From the NCBI GenBank assembly GCA_963835455.1, contig CAWIFT010000005.1:258402-322401 (forward strand): a stretch of 64,000 nucleotides of DNA, given 5' to 3'. The DNA comes from an uncultured Actinomycetes bacterium (GTDB lineage: Bacteria; Actinomycetota; Acidimicrobiia; IMCC26256; PALSA-610). Positions 29,493-37,872 of the stretch are shown piece by piece (position 1 is the first letter of the stretch; each line of letters starts with the position of its first letter). A model generated the notes under the pieces. That model made no database searches, was not told the origin of the DNA, and was given only the letters and a program-made list of their open reading frames with translations. Position numbers and translations under genes: made by a program.

Positions 29493-31001
29493 GTGTACGG
29501 GAACAAGCTCGGCGCCGTGATGTCGGGCAAGGGGAGTGGTGACGTGACGATCCTGCCGGCCGAGCCGCACATGCTCGACGTGTTGCAGGGCTTCGTGCAC
29601 GAGCTCCGCACCGCGGGTCTCCCGGTGTCGATGACCGAGAACCTCGACGCGATGCGCGCGGTCGAGTTCGTTCCCCTCGACGATCGCGCGTCCTTCAAGG
29701 CCGCGCTCGGTGCGACGCTGGTGAAGAACGCGGGTCACTACCGCGTCTTCGACACCGTGTTCGAGGTCTTCTTCTCGATGTTCTCGCCCGGCGTGAACGC
29801 CGACGGCGAATCCGACCTCGACGCCGAAGCCCAGGCGAACTTCGACGAGCTCCGGGCCGCGATGGACCAGGGCGGAGCGATGAGTCAGGTGTCGAACGAG
29901 GAGCTCGCGCAGATGCTTCTCGACGCCCTGATGCGCATGGACCAGAACGAGATGAAGATGCTGGCCGGTGCGGCGGTGGCGCGCTTCGCGGGGATGGAAC
30001 CCGGTCGACCCGTCGGGGGTGCGTACTACCTGTACCGCACGTTGCGTCAGCTCGACGCCGACGGCCTGGTCACGAAGATGATGGCCCGGGCCCAAGAGGA
30101 TGAGCAGATCGGTGGCGGCTCGTTCGACGAACGCCTCGCGCGCGAAGACTTCGAGGGTCGGCTCAAGGTGCTCAAGGAGATGATCGAGGCCGAGATCCGG
30201 CGCCGGCTCGTCGCCGATCGCGGGGTGGAGGCGATGGCGCGCACCTTGCGCAAGCCCCTCCCCGAAGACGTCGACTTCATGCACGCGTCGCGCGACGAGA
30301 TGCAGATGCTTCAGCGCGCCATCTATCCCTTGACGCGCGCGCTGGCCGCGAGACTCGCGCAGCGACGCCGGCATCGCCGTCGGGGGCAGCTCGACTTCCG
30401 CCAGACGGTTCGGCACTCGATGTCGTTCGGAGGTGTGCCGGTCGAGCCGAAGTTCAAGCGGCCGCGCCCGTCGAAGCCGGAGATCATGGTCGTCGCCGAC
30501 ATCTCCGGATCGGTTGCGTCGTTCGCGCGTTTCACGTTGCAGTTCGTCTACGCGATGCAGAGCGAGTTCTCGAAGGTGCGGTCGTGGGTCTTCATCGACG
30601 GCATCGACGAGGTCACGCGCTTCTTCGACGAGTCGCAGGAGCTCAGCGAGGCCATCCACCGGGTCAACACCGAGGCCGACGTGGTTTGGGTCGACGGCCA
30701 CAGTGACTACGGCCACGCGTTCGAGGTGTTCCACGAGCGCCATATCCGCGAGGTCACGAAGAAGTCGTCGGTCATCCTCCTCGGCGACGCCCGCAACAAC
30801 TACCACGCGTCGCAGGCGTGGACGGTTGCGGAGATGCAGAAGCGCGCCCGCAAGGTGTTCTGGCTCGATCCCGAGCCGCGCGGCTACTGGGACACCGGTG
30901 ACTCGATCGTGTCCGAGTACGCGCCGTACTGCGACGGCGTCTACGAGGTCCGCAACCTCCGCCAGCTGCAGAAGTTCGTCGCGGACGTCGTCGAAGCCTG
31001 A
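29493..31001 (+). CDS. VWA domain-containing protein (CoxE-like partner of MoxR ATPase)
   Basis: Starts 4 nt after moxR (alternative ATG at 29520). The N-terminal CoxE-like region is followed by a C-terminal VWA with MIDAS-like VVADISGSVA...GD. About 500 aa. Confidence 0.85.
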   Translation: MYGNKLGAVMSGKGSGDVTILPAEPHMLDVLQGFVHELRTAGLPVSMTENLDAMRAVEFVPLDDRASFKAALGATLVKNAGHYRVFDTVFEVFFSMFSPGVNADGESDLDAEAQANFDELRAAMDQGGAMSQVSNEELAQMLLDALMRMDQNEMKMLAGAAVARFAGMEPGRPVGGAYYLYRTLRQLDADGLVTKMMARAQEDEQIGGGSFDERLAREDFEGRLKVLKEMIEAEIRRRLVADRGVEAMARTLRKPLPEDVDFMHASRDEMQMLQRAIYPLTRALAARLAQRRRHRRRGQLDFRQTVRHSMSFGGVPVEPKFKRPRPSKPEIMVVADISGSVASFARFTLQFVYAMQSEFSKVRSWVFIDGIDEVTRFFDESQELSEAIHRVNTEADVVWVDGHSDYGHAFEVFHERHIREVTKKSSVILLGDARNNYHASQAWTVAEMQKRARKVFWLDPEPRGYWDTGDSIVSEYAPYCDGVYEVRNLRQLQKFVADVVEA

Positions 31002-31004
31002 CGC

Positions 31005-31628
31005 CTAACGGGGCTTGCGCGCGAGCGTCCACACCGGGGGGACGCCGTCGACATCCACCTTCCGGACGAGCTCGAACGCGTGGCGCGCGTAGTACGCGAG
31101 GTTGTCTTCCTTTTGTGTCTCGAGATACGCGCCGAGACCTTCGCGGTCACACTGGTCGAGCACGGGCTGCAGCGCCGCCCCGCCCGCGCCCGACCGCTGG
31201 TAGAGCGGATCCGTGCCGAGGATGGCGAGGTAGTAGTGCGGCTCGTCCAGCTCGTGGTGCGCCTTGTCGAGCGCGGCGAGGAGACGGAGTGCGCCGGCGA
31301 GGCGCCGCCCCGTGCGCGCGAATGCCGGCGCGGCGCGCACGTTGGTCAGCATGTCGCGCCGCGGGCCGCGGGGATACGCGCCGGGCGGCAACCAGACCGC
31401 GCCGCACGCGATCTTGCCGTCGGTGTGCGCGACCCAGACCTCGCCGAACGGCGCCGCGTCGGCGATCGCGGCCTTCATGTAGTGGAGCAGGCCCTTGCTC
31501 TGGGCGAGGAGGTCGGGCAGGAAGTAACCGAAGAGGGGGTCGTCGTAGAACGCGCGCCCGAGGGCGGCGACGAGGGCCGACCGTTCGCCGGCCTGCATCC
31601 GCTCGACTGCGAACGTCCGAGTGGCCAT
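31005..31628 (-). CDS. GNAT family N-acetyltransferase
   Basis: ATG at 31628 (MATRTFAVERMQ...) in the frame of ORF 31005..31799. The acetyl-CoA motif region is YLAILGTDPLYQRSGAGGAAL...YYARHAFE. Confidence 0.85.
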   Translation of the reverse strand: MATRTFAVERMQAGERSALVAALGRAFYDDPLFGYFLPDLLAQSKGLLHYMKAAIADAAPFGEVWVAHTDGKIACGAVWLPPGAYPRGPRRDMLTNVRAAPAFARTGRRLAGALRLLAALDKAHHELDEPHYYLAILGTDPLYQRSGAGGAALQPVLDQCDREGLGAYLETQKEDNLAYYARHAFELVRKVDVDGVPPVWTLARKPR

Positions 31629-32550
31629 GGGGCGAGAATACGCTGAATCGATGGCCCCGCCCCAAGATCCCGAGCCCGGCCGCGTCGCGCGCGTCGACCG
31701 CGGTTGGGCGACGGTCATGACCGAATCCGGAATCGTGCGGGTGCAGCTGGCCGGTCGGGAGGTCGTGACCGGCGACGAGATCACCGTGCAGCAGGGCAAA
31801 GTCGTCGACGTGCTCCCGCGCCGGTCGGCGTTCGTGCGCGGCGACGCGGGGGAGGGGCGCTCGCGCCGGCCGCAGGTGGTGGCCGCGAACGTCGACTACG
31901 TCTTCGTCGTGCAGTCGTTGAACAACGGTCCGAACATCCGCCGTCTCGAGCGCGAGCTCGTGCTCGCGTTCGAGAGTGGTGCGGCGCCGGTCGTCGTGTT
32001 GTCGAAGGCCGACCTCGTGGATCAGGACGATGTCGACGCCGGGGTCGAGCTCGCCCGCTCCGCCGCGGCCGACCTCGAGGTCGTCGTGACCAGCGCAGTT
32101 ACCGGCCTCGGCCTCGAACCGCTGCGCGCGCTCGCGCGTCCCGATCGCACCGTCGCACTCATCGGCGCGTCGGGCGTCGGCAAGTCGCGGCTCGTGAACG
32201 GGCTCATCGGCCGCGAGGTGCAGGTGGTCGGCGACGTGCGCGAGAACGACCAGCGCGGGCGCCACACCACGACGGCGCGCGAGCTGGTCGAGTTGCCCGG
32301 CGGTGGATGGCTGGTCGACACGCCCGGGCTGCGTTCGGTCGCGCTGTGGGATGCCGACGCGGGATTGAGCCGCGTGTTCTCCGACGTCGAGGCGCTCGTC
32401 GCGCAGTGCCGGTTCCGCAATTGCTCGCATGGTCCGGAACCCGACTGCGCCGTGCGGGCGGCAATCGAAAGCGGCGCGCTCGACGCAGCCCGCTTCGAGC
32501 ACTACCTGAAGCTCGATCGCGAGCTCGACGAGAACGCGCGCGCGACCTAG
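31621..32550 (+). CDS. rsgA: ribosome small-subunit-dependent GTPase A
   Basis: Circularly permuted GTPase with LSKADL (G4) before GASGVGKSRLVN (G1) and DTPG (G3). Zinc knuckle CRFRNCSHGPEPDC is present. The start is uncertain (31621 or ATG 31651). Confidence 0.9.
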   Translation: MAMGREYAESMAPPQDPEPGRVARVDRGWATVMTESGIVRVQLAGREVVTGDEITVQQGKVVDVLPRRSAFVRGDAGEGRSRRPQVVAANVDYVFVVQSLNNGPNIRRLERELVLAFESGAAPVVVLSKADLVDQDDVDAGVELARSAAADLEVVVTSAVTGLGLEPLRALARPDRTVALIGASGVGKSRLVNGLIGREVQVVGDVRENDQRGRHTTTARELVELPGGGWLVDTPGLRSVALWDADAGLSRVFSDVEALVAQCRFRNCSHGPEPDCAVRAAIESGALDAARFEHYLKLDRELDENARAT

Positions 32551-32587
32551 TCCGAAAGACCTAATCCGAGAGGCCTAGTCCGAGAGG
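32546..32587. repeat. 3 x 14 bp tandem repeat CCTA[G/A]TCCGA[A/G]AG[A/G] spanning two convergent stop codons
   Basis: Units lie at 32546-32559, 32560-32573 and 32574-32587. The rsgA stop TAG (32548-32550) is in unit 1 and the stop of the minus-strand ACT gene (32575-32577) is in unit 3. Confidence 0.85.
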
Positions 32588-33213
32588 ATCGTCCCGACGC
32601 GATCGGCGATGCGCGCGAGTGCGAGGAGTTGGCGCCGCTCGCGCCGGCGGAAGGGATGACCGTCGCGGCCGACGAGCAGGACCACGTCGCCGGTCGGCAA
32701 CGGCGCGACCGCGAGGTCGTCCGGTCCGGCATCGCCCGCGGCGACGATCGGTGACGCAGCGGTCCCGGCCGCGAGTGCTTCGAGCACCGACGGATCGGGG
32801 ATATCGGAACCCGAGCTCGCGAGGGCGACGTCGCCGTGCAACATCACGGCCCAGTCGGCCGCGAACTCCTCGCGCACACTGTCGACGAGCCGTTGCACGA
32901 GCTCGCCGCGCGACTCCGCACCCGAGAGGTGTTCGACCGATTCCAGCGCGTCGAGCCGGGGATCGGGGAACGTGCCGACCTCGCGCCACTGCTCGACGGA
33001 CGCGCCGTCGACCTCTTCGATCTCGCGCACGAGCAGGGAGACGAGGTCCTTGTCGGGGAGCATGACCGCGAACTCGTCGACCGCGACGTGTTCGCTGCGT
33101 TCGAGCACGTCGATGCCGACGATGTCGCCGCCGATCGCGCCGATACGAGAGGCGACCAAGCCGAGCGCGCCCGGTCGGTCGGGGAGCCACACACGCACCA
33201 CGAGGCTGGGCAT
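32575..33213 (-). CDS. ACT-domain protein with uncharacterised C-terminal (GAF-like?) domain
   Basis: The N-terminus LVVRVWLPDRPGALGLVASRIGAIGGDIVGIDVLE is a typical ACT beta-alpha-beta. 212 aa with high GC3. The C-terminal domain assignment is tentative. Confidence 0.6.
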   Translation of the reverse strand: MPSLVVRVWLPDRPGALGLVASRIGAIGGDIVGIDVLERSEHVAVDEFAVMLPDKDLVSLLVREIEEVDGASVEQWREVGTFPDPRLDALESVEHLSGAESRGELVQRLVDSVREEFAADWAVMLHGDVALASSGSDIPDPSVLEALAAGTAASPIVAAGDAGPDDLAVAPLPTGDVVLLVGRDGHPFRRRERRQLLALARIADRVGTILSD

Positions 33214-33263
33214 CGCTGCAGGTTAGGACGCACTATGAGGGCGCAAGGCGTACGCAACACGCA

Positions 33264-33332
33264 GTTCACAGTGCGTGCATCACGCCGTTCACAGTGCGTG
33301 CATCACGCCGTTCACAGTGCGTGCATCACGCC
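33264..33332. repeat. 3 perfect head-to-tail copies of a 23 bp unit GTTCACAGTGCGTGCATCACGCC
   Basis: Read directly: copies at 33264-33286, 33287-33309 and 33310-33332, followed by a partial GTTC. It lies in the divergent intergenic region between the ACT gene (start 33213) and nadD (GTG 33363). Confidence 0.95.
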
Positions 33333-33362
33333 GTTCGCAAGGCCTTCTCGTACACTCGCCCG

Positions 33363-33941
33363 GTGGAGCGCCTCGGCCTTCTCGGTGGCACCTTCGACCC
33401 CGTCCACATCGCGCATCTCGTGGCCGCCACGGCCGCGCGCGATCAGCTCCGGCTCGACCGTGTGCTGGTCGTCGTGGCCGGTGATCCCTGGCAGAAGCGG
33501 GGCCGGGTCTGCGCAGCCGCCGAGGCACGGTTCGAGATGGTCGCGGCGGCGGTCGACGGCGTCGACCGGCTCGAGGCGTCCCGGATCGAGATCGACCGGG
33601 AAGGTCCGACCTACACGGTCGACACCGTCGAGACGCTGCGGGCCGAGGGGGATTGCGAGCTGTTCCTGATCGTGGGGAGCGATGTCGCGGCGTCGCTCGA
33701 TTCGTGGCACCGAGCGGACGCGCTGCAGGCCGCGGTGACGCTCGCCGTGGTCGACCGGGAAGACGTCGCGCCCTCGATCCCGCCTGCAGGCTGGCACTGC
33801 GTGCGCGTGCACATGCCGCGGCTGGACGTTTCGTCGACCGACCTCCGGCGGCGCATCGCGGCGGGCGAATCGGTCGACTACCTCGTGCCGCTCCCGGCGG
33901 CGCGGGTCCTGCGCCAACGCGGTCTCTACACTGGAGAGTGA
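33363..33941 (+). CDS. nadD: nicotinate-nucleotide adenylyltransferase
   Basis: GTG at 33363 in the frame of ORF 33294..33941. Shows LGLLGGTFDPVHIAH (the HxGH-type motif) and ...SSTDLRRR.... The ORF-track ATG at 33294 lies inside the tandem repeat and is unlikely to be the start. Confidence 0.88.
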   Translation: MERLGLLGGTFDPVHIAHLVAATAARDQLRLDRVLVVVAGDPWQKRGRVCAAAEARFEMVAAAVDGVDRLEASRIEIDREGPTYTVDTVETLRAEGDCELFLIVGSDVAASLDSWHRADALQAAVTLAVVDREDVAPSIPPAGWHCVRVHMPRLDVSSTDLRRRIAAGESVDYLVPLPAARVLRQRGLYTGE

Positions 33942-34174
33942 TGGCCCGACGCAACGGCGTGACGACCCCCGAGCGCCGGTCGCGCGCCGAGGGCCGGTCG
34001 CGGCCCGAACGTCGGTCGCGCGAGATCTGGGGCATGCTCGCAGTCGTCGTTCTGGCCACCGCATCAGGACTCTTGGCCGCGCACTTCGGTACCCGCCGTG
34101 CGTGGGAGACGACGCCCGCAACCACACCGACCTCGACGCCGGTTCCCGCCGTCGACCCGCAAAGGATTCCGTGA
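33941..34174 (+). CDS. small single-pass membrane protein (77 aa), Arg-rich N-terminus, Thr/Pro-rich C-terminus
   Basis: ATG at 33941 overlaps the nadD stop, and the rsfS GTG overlaps its own stop. GC3 is high, with one TM helix (MLAVVVLATASGLLAAHF). Confidence 0.55.
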   Translation: MARRNGVTTPERRSRAEGRSRPERRSREIWGMLAVVVLATASGLLAAHFGTRRAWETTPATTPTSTPVPAVDPQRIP

Positions 34175-34581
34175 CCGAAGCCGAACGTACGACGAGCACC
34201 CCATCCATCACCAGTACCGCCATCACGAGCACCGAGCGGGCCCGCATCGCCGCTCGCGCCGCCGACGACAAGAAGGGTGAAGACATCGTCGTGCTCGACG
34301 TGGCCGAGATCATGGGCATCGTCGACGCGTTCGTGATCGTGCACGCATCGAACACGCGGCTCGTGCGCGCGATCGTCGACGAGGTCAAGGCGCAGCTGTT
34401 CGAGCGCGCGGGAGTGAAACCGCGTTCGGTCGAGGGCCTCGACGACACCACGTGGGTGCTCCTCGACTACGGCGATCTCATCGTGCACGTCTTCCTCGAG
34501 GAGACGCGCGAGTTCTACGGGCTCGAACGCCTCTGGACCGACGCCCCCCGCATCGTCTGGAACGGCGCCGCGGCCGTCTGA
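34171..34581 (+). CDS. rsfS: ribosome silencing factor RsfS
   Basis: GTG at 34171 in the frame of ORF 34102..34581. Shows DDKKGEDIVVLDV, DAFVIVHASNTRLVRAI and DYGDLIVHVF. Confidence 0.9.
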   Translation: MTEAERTTSTPSITSTAITSTERARIAARAADDKKGEDIVVLDVAEIMGIVDAFVIVHASNTRLVRAIVDEVKAQLFERAGVKPRSVEGLDDTTWVLLDYGDLIVHVFLEETREFYGLERLWTDAPRIVWNGAAAV

Positions 34582-34613
34582 CGCCGTCGTCACGTCCGTG
34601 ACAGACTCGGGCC

Positions 34614-35771
34614 ATGTTCTCTTCGCCGCGTCTGCTGGTTGGTTCATGTGTCGCGCTGTCCTTGCTCGCCGGGGCGTGCGGTAGCTCGTCCAAGGCCACA
34701 CCCACCGCGACGACCCGACCGGTCCCGGCCGACCCCGCGCCGTACGCGAAGAAGGGTCCGTACGCGGTCGGCGTGACGACGATGCAGCTCGCAGGTGGGC
34801 GCAGGGTCGCGGTCTGGTATCCGGCGAACACGGCGACCACGGCCGGGCACGCGCAGGAGTCGATCGACATCGCGAACATGTTGAATCCGGGGCTGCAGAA
34901 GCTCGTTCCCGCCGAGGATCACATCCTGTACAAGGACGACGCGTTCGTCGACGCACCCGCGGCGACCACGCCCGGGAGCTATCCGCTGGTCATCTTCAGT
35001 CACGGCTTCGCGGGCTATCCGTCGCAGTCGGTGACACTGACGACGCATCTCGCTTCGTGGGGATTCGTCGTCGCCGCGCCCGATCACGTCGAGCGGTCGC
35101 TCGACGGGTTGCTCGGCACCGCGTCGCAAGGAGTGCCGAAGGCGACGGATCTCGCGGTGCTGCAGGCGACGATCGCGCTCGTGGAGAAGGCGTCGAGCGG
35201 TTCCGGAGTGCTGCACGGGTTGATCGATCCCGATCGTGTTGTCGCGGCCGGTCACTCGGCCGGCGCGGACTCGGCGTACCGGCTCGCGTCGGCCGACCCC
35301 CGCATCAAGGCGTGGATCTCGTACTCGGTCGAATTCGGTGGACAAGGCGGGGCCGCACCCGCGCCACCGGAGAAGCCGGGCATGGTGATGCTCGGGACGA
35401 CCGACGGGATCATTCCGGCCGCGTCGAGCGTGAAGGTCTACGACGGAATGAATGATCCGAAGTACCTCGTGAAGATCGCGGGCGCCGGCCACCTCGTGTT
35501 CTCCGACATCTGTCTCATCGCGCGGAGCAAGGGCGGTCTGGTCGGCATCGCGAAGGCGATCAAGCTCCCGATCCCGCCCCAGTTGTTCAAGCTCGGTTCC
35601 GACGGCTGCTTGAAGCCGCACCCCCTGCCGGAGACGGCGTTCCCCGCGATCGATCAGTTGAGCGTCGGCTTCTTCCGCTGGGCGTTGCACATCGACCCGC
35701 AGCCCGTGGGACTGAGCACCGAAGCGGTCGCCGGTCTCGGCGGGAACGTCACGGTGACGCACCAGGGCTGA
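34614..35771 (+). CDS. secreted lipoprotein alpha/beta hydrolase (PAF-acetylhydrolase / dienelactone-hydrolase-like)
   Basis: Lipobox LLAGAC, the YPLVIFSHGFAG oxyanion region and the nucleophile elbow GHSAG. Confidence 0.8.
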   Translation: MFSSPRLLVGSCVALSLLAGACGSSSKATPTATTRPVPADPAPYAKKGPYAVGVTTMQLAGGRRVAVWYPANTATTAGHAQESIDIANMLNPGLQKLVPAEDHILYKDDAFVDAPAATTPGSYPLVIFSHGFAGYPSQSVTLTTHLASWGFVVAAPDHVERSLDGLLGTASQGVPKATDLAVLQATIALVEKASSGSGVLHGLIDPDRVVAAGHSAGADSAYRLASADPRIKAWISYSVEFGGQGGAAPAPPEKPGMVMLGTTDGIIPAASSVKVYDGMNDPKYLVKIAGAGHLVFSDICLIARSKGGLVGIAKAIKLPIPPQLFKLGSDGCLKPHPLPETAFPAIDQLSVGFFRWALHIDPQPVGLSTEAVAGLGGNVTVTHQG

Positions 35772-35785
35772 GCGCGGCGATCTCC

Positions 35786-35815
35786 TTGACACGTTAGATT
35801 GTCCTAACGTATTGT
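35786..35815 (+). promoter_or_regulatory. sigma70-type promoter with embedded palindromic operator for the arsR-family operon
   Basis: TTGACA (35786-35791) is separated by an 18 nt spacer from TATTGT (35810-35815). The spacer contains the inverted repeat ACGTTAG-ATTGTC-CTAACGT (35791-35810). The start codon GTG at 35823 lies 7 nt after the -10 box. The region is locally AT-rich. Confidence 0.5.
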
Positions 35816-35822
35816 CGGGCTC

Positions 35823-36152
35823 GTGGGAGCCCCCGGGGCGCCGGTCGTCGAGGATGCGTTCGGGGTGCTCGCGCACCCGGTGCGGCGCGAACTGCTGCGG
35901 CGACTCGCGCGCGACGAGAGTCGGGCGAGCGACCTCGCGTTGGATCTGCCGGTGAGCCGTTCCGCGGTGTCGCAGCACCTGCGACTCATGTTGTCGGTCG
36001 GTGTGGTTTCCGAACGGCGCGACGGTCGCGAGCGCTACTACTCGTTGCAGCGCGCCCGGTTGCGGGAGGTCGACGAGTGGCTCGCCGACCTCGACGAATT
36101 CTGGGGCCGCTCGCTGCAACGACTGGGCGGATATCTGGACGGAGTCGCATGA
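35823..36152 (+). CDS. ArsR/SmtB family transcriptional regulator
   Basis: Winged-HTH region FGVLAHPVRRELLRRLA...ASDLALDLPVSRSAVSQHLRLM, 109 aa. Confidence 0.9.
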   Translation: MGAPGAPVVEDAFGVLAHPVRRELLRRLARDESRASDLALDLPVSRSAVSQHLRLMLSVGVVSERRDGRERYYSLQRARLREVDEWLADLDEFWGRSLQRLGGYLDGVA

Positions 36153-36544
36153 TCGACGAGAGCCGCGACGTCGTGCACGAGGTGCGCTTCTCGCACCCGA
36201 TCGCACGCGTCTGGGACGCGATCGCGCAGGGCGACGCGCTCGCTGCGTGGTTGATGCCCAACAACTTCGAGCCGCGCGTCGGCCATCGTTTTCAGTTCGT
36301 CCGGGACCCCGGCCAGACGCCGATCGACGCGGAGGTACTCGAGGTCGATCCGCCGCACCGGATGCGCTGGCGCTGGGTCATCGACGGCTTCCCCACCACG
36401 GTGGCGATCACGTTGCGCGCCGACGGCGACACGACGGTGCTTCACCTCGAGCACACGGGTCTTCCCGACGATCTCCGTTCACGCTTCGAGCCCGGCTGGC
36501 TCGAGAAGTTCGACGCGCTGGAACGCGCGCTCGAGGAAGGATGA
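36149..36544 (+). CDS. SRPBCC-fold protein (AHSA1 / Activator-of-Hsp90-ATPase-like)
   Basis: ATG at 36149 overlaps the arsR-family stop (ATGA). Shows RFSHPIARVWDAI...WLMPNNFEPRVGHRFQF. Confidence 0.82.
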   Translation: MIDESRDVVHEVRFSHPIARVWDAIAQGDALAAWLMPNNFEPRVGHRFQFVRDPGQTPIDAEVLEVDPPHRMRWRWVIDGFPTTVAITLRADGDTTVLHLEHTGLPDDLRSRFEPGWLEKFDALERALEEG

Positions 36545-37254
36545 GCCCGATGCAATACACGCGATTGGCGAACGAGCCCGCCGACTATGCCGACGCACGC
36601 GAGAAGCTCCGGATCGCAGAGCTCGATCTCATGCAACAGCGCGAGCGTGTGGCCGAGATGCGGCGCGCGCTGCCGTTGGGTCCGGTCGTGGACGACTACG
36701 TCTTCCTCGAAGGACCGCGGTTGCTGCGCGACGGCGACACACCCGTGGCGACGGTGCGCTTGAGCGAGCTCTTCACCGCCGCGGATCGCCCGCTCGTCAT
36801 CTACCACCTGATGTTCGGCAAGGCGCAGACCGCTCCGTGCCCGATGTGTACGCAGTGGATCGACGGCTTCAACGGGATTGCGCAACACCTCGCGCGCAAC
36901 GTCGACTTCGCGGTGGTGGCCGCGGCCGATCCGGTGGCCCTGCGCGCGCACGCCCGGGACCGCGAATGGAATCGCCTGCGGTTGTTGAGCAGCGGCGACA
37001 ACTCGTTCAAGTACGACCTCCGCAGTGAGGAGGCCGACGGCTCGCAGGATTCCACGGTGTCGGTGTTCGTGCGCGACGCCGACGGCAACGTCCGCCACAG
37101 CTACACGGCCCGACCCTCGATGTCGGCGGACGTGGGCGAACGCGGCATCGACCTGTTGTGCGCGACCTGGAACATCCTCGATCTCACCCCGCAGGGGCGG
37201 GGCGACTGGTATTCGGCGCTCGACTACGGGCTGTCGGTGGCCTCGGGGCCCTGA
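36541..37254 (+). CDS. DUF899 thioredoxin-like protein
   Basis: ATG at 36541 overlaps the upstream stop (ATGA). Shows a CPMC motif and LVIYHLMFG. Confidence 0.82.
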   Translation: MSPMQYTRLANEPADYADAREKLRIAELDLMQQRERVAEMRRALPLGPVVDDYVFLEGPRLLRDGDTPVATVRLSELFTAADRPLVIYHLMFGKAQTAPCPMCTQWIDGFNGIAQHLARNVDFAVVAAADPVALRAHARDREWNRLRLLSSGDNSFKYDLRSEEADGSQDSTVSVFVRDADGNVRHSYTARPSMSADVGERGIDLLCATWNILDLTPQGRGDWYSALDYGLSVASGP

Positions 37255-37791
37255 TCACCGCACGCGAAACCACACGTTGGTCGCGAGGGGTCCGTGGCTG
37301 AGGCTGATGCGTTCGAGTTTGACGTTGGTCCCGCCGGGACGATCGAACAGGCGCGTGCCGTCGCCGAGCAGGACCGGCGCGATACACACGAGGATCTCGT
37401 CGAGCACTCCGGCGTCGAGGCATTGGTGCGCAACGCTCGCGCCGAGGATGCTGACGTACTTGTCGCCGGCGGCGGCGCGGGCGGCGGCAACCGCGTGGTC
37501 GAGGTCGGTGACGAACGTGACGCCGGGTACCGCGGCGGCGGGCGGGTGATGGGTGAGTACGAATTGCGGTCCGGTCCATGCACCTTCGTAGGCGCCTTCC
37601 CGGTCAGTGCCCGCGTTCGGATCGTCCCCGCCGAAGGTGCGGTTGCCGACGAGGAGCGCGCCGATGTCGTCGACATGGTCGTCGAGCGGTGGGTTCGGCC
37701 CGAGGAACTCGCTCAACCACGACATGTCACCGCCCGGTCCCGCGATGAAGCCGTCGAGCGACATCGTGGCGGAGTAGAGCATCTTCGCCAT
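37255..37791 (-). CDS. dihydrofolate-reductase-like protein (RibD C-terminal domain family)
   Basis: Shows MLYSATMSLDGFIAGPGGDMSWL and LDEILVCIAPVLLGDGTRLF, 178 aa. Confidence 0.85.
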   Translation of the reverse strand: MAKMLYSATMSLDGFIAGPGGDMSWLSEFLGPNPPLDDHVDDIGALLVGNRTFGGDDPNAGTDREGAYEGAWTGPQFVLTHHPPAAAVPGVTFVTDLDHAVAAARAAAGDKYVSILGASVAHQCLDAGVLDEILVCIAPVLLGDGTRLFDRPGGTNVKLERISLSHGPLATNVWFRVR

Positions 37792-37834
37792 TGGGTGCCT
37801 CCGTTCTGATCAGCCCTGCCGCCCGTCCCGATGG

Positions 37835-37853
37835 CTAGTCTCAAGCCGACTAG
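37835..37853 (+). promoter_or_regulatory. inverted repeat CTAGTC-N7-GACTAG upstream of modA
   Basis: Perfect 6 bp arms read directly. They are flanked by TGATCA-containing segments, and the repeat lies 20 nt upstream of the modA ATG. Its role as an operator is conjecture. Confidence 0.25.
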
Positions 37854-37872
37854 ATCAGGAGAGGGCGGTTGC

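Noticed and set aside
33264-33332. Possible CRISPR array, and the CACAGTG heptamer in each unit.
   Set aside because: The repeats are contiguous with no spacers, there are only three copies, and no cas genes are present. The resemblance of the heptamer to the V(D)J recombination signal is coincidental in a bacterium.
33275-33484. ORFs 33275..33484 and the 33294 ATG start of ORF 33294..33941, both initiating inside the 23 bp repeat.
   Set aside because: The translation of the repeat region (HHAVHSACITPF...) is just the periodic DNA. NadD homology begins at VERLGLLGGTFDP (GTG 33363), which has a -10-like box just upstream.
37792-37872. Molybdenum-cofactor riboswitch upstream of modA.
   Set aside because: Only about 80 nt is available, and I could not recognise the conserved Moco-riboswitch helices or loops. 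A simple inverted repeat is all that is visible.
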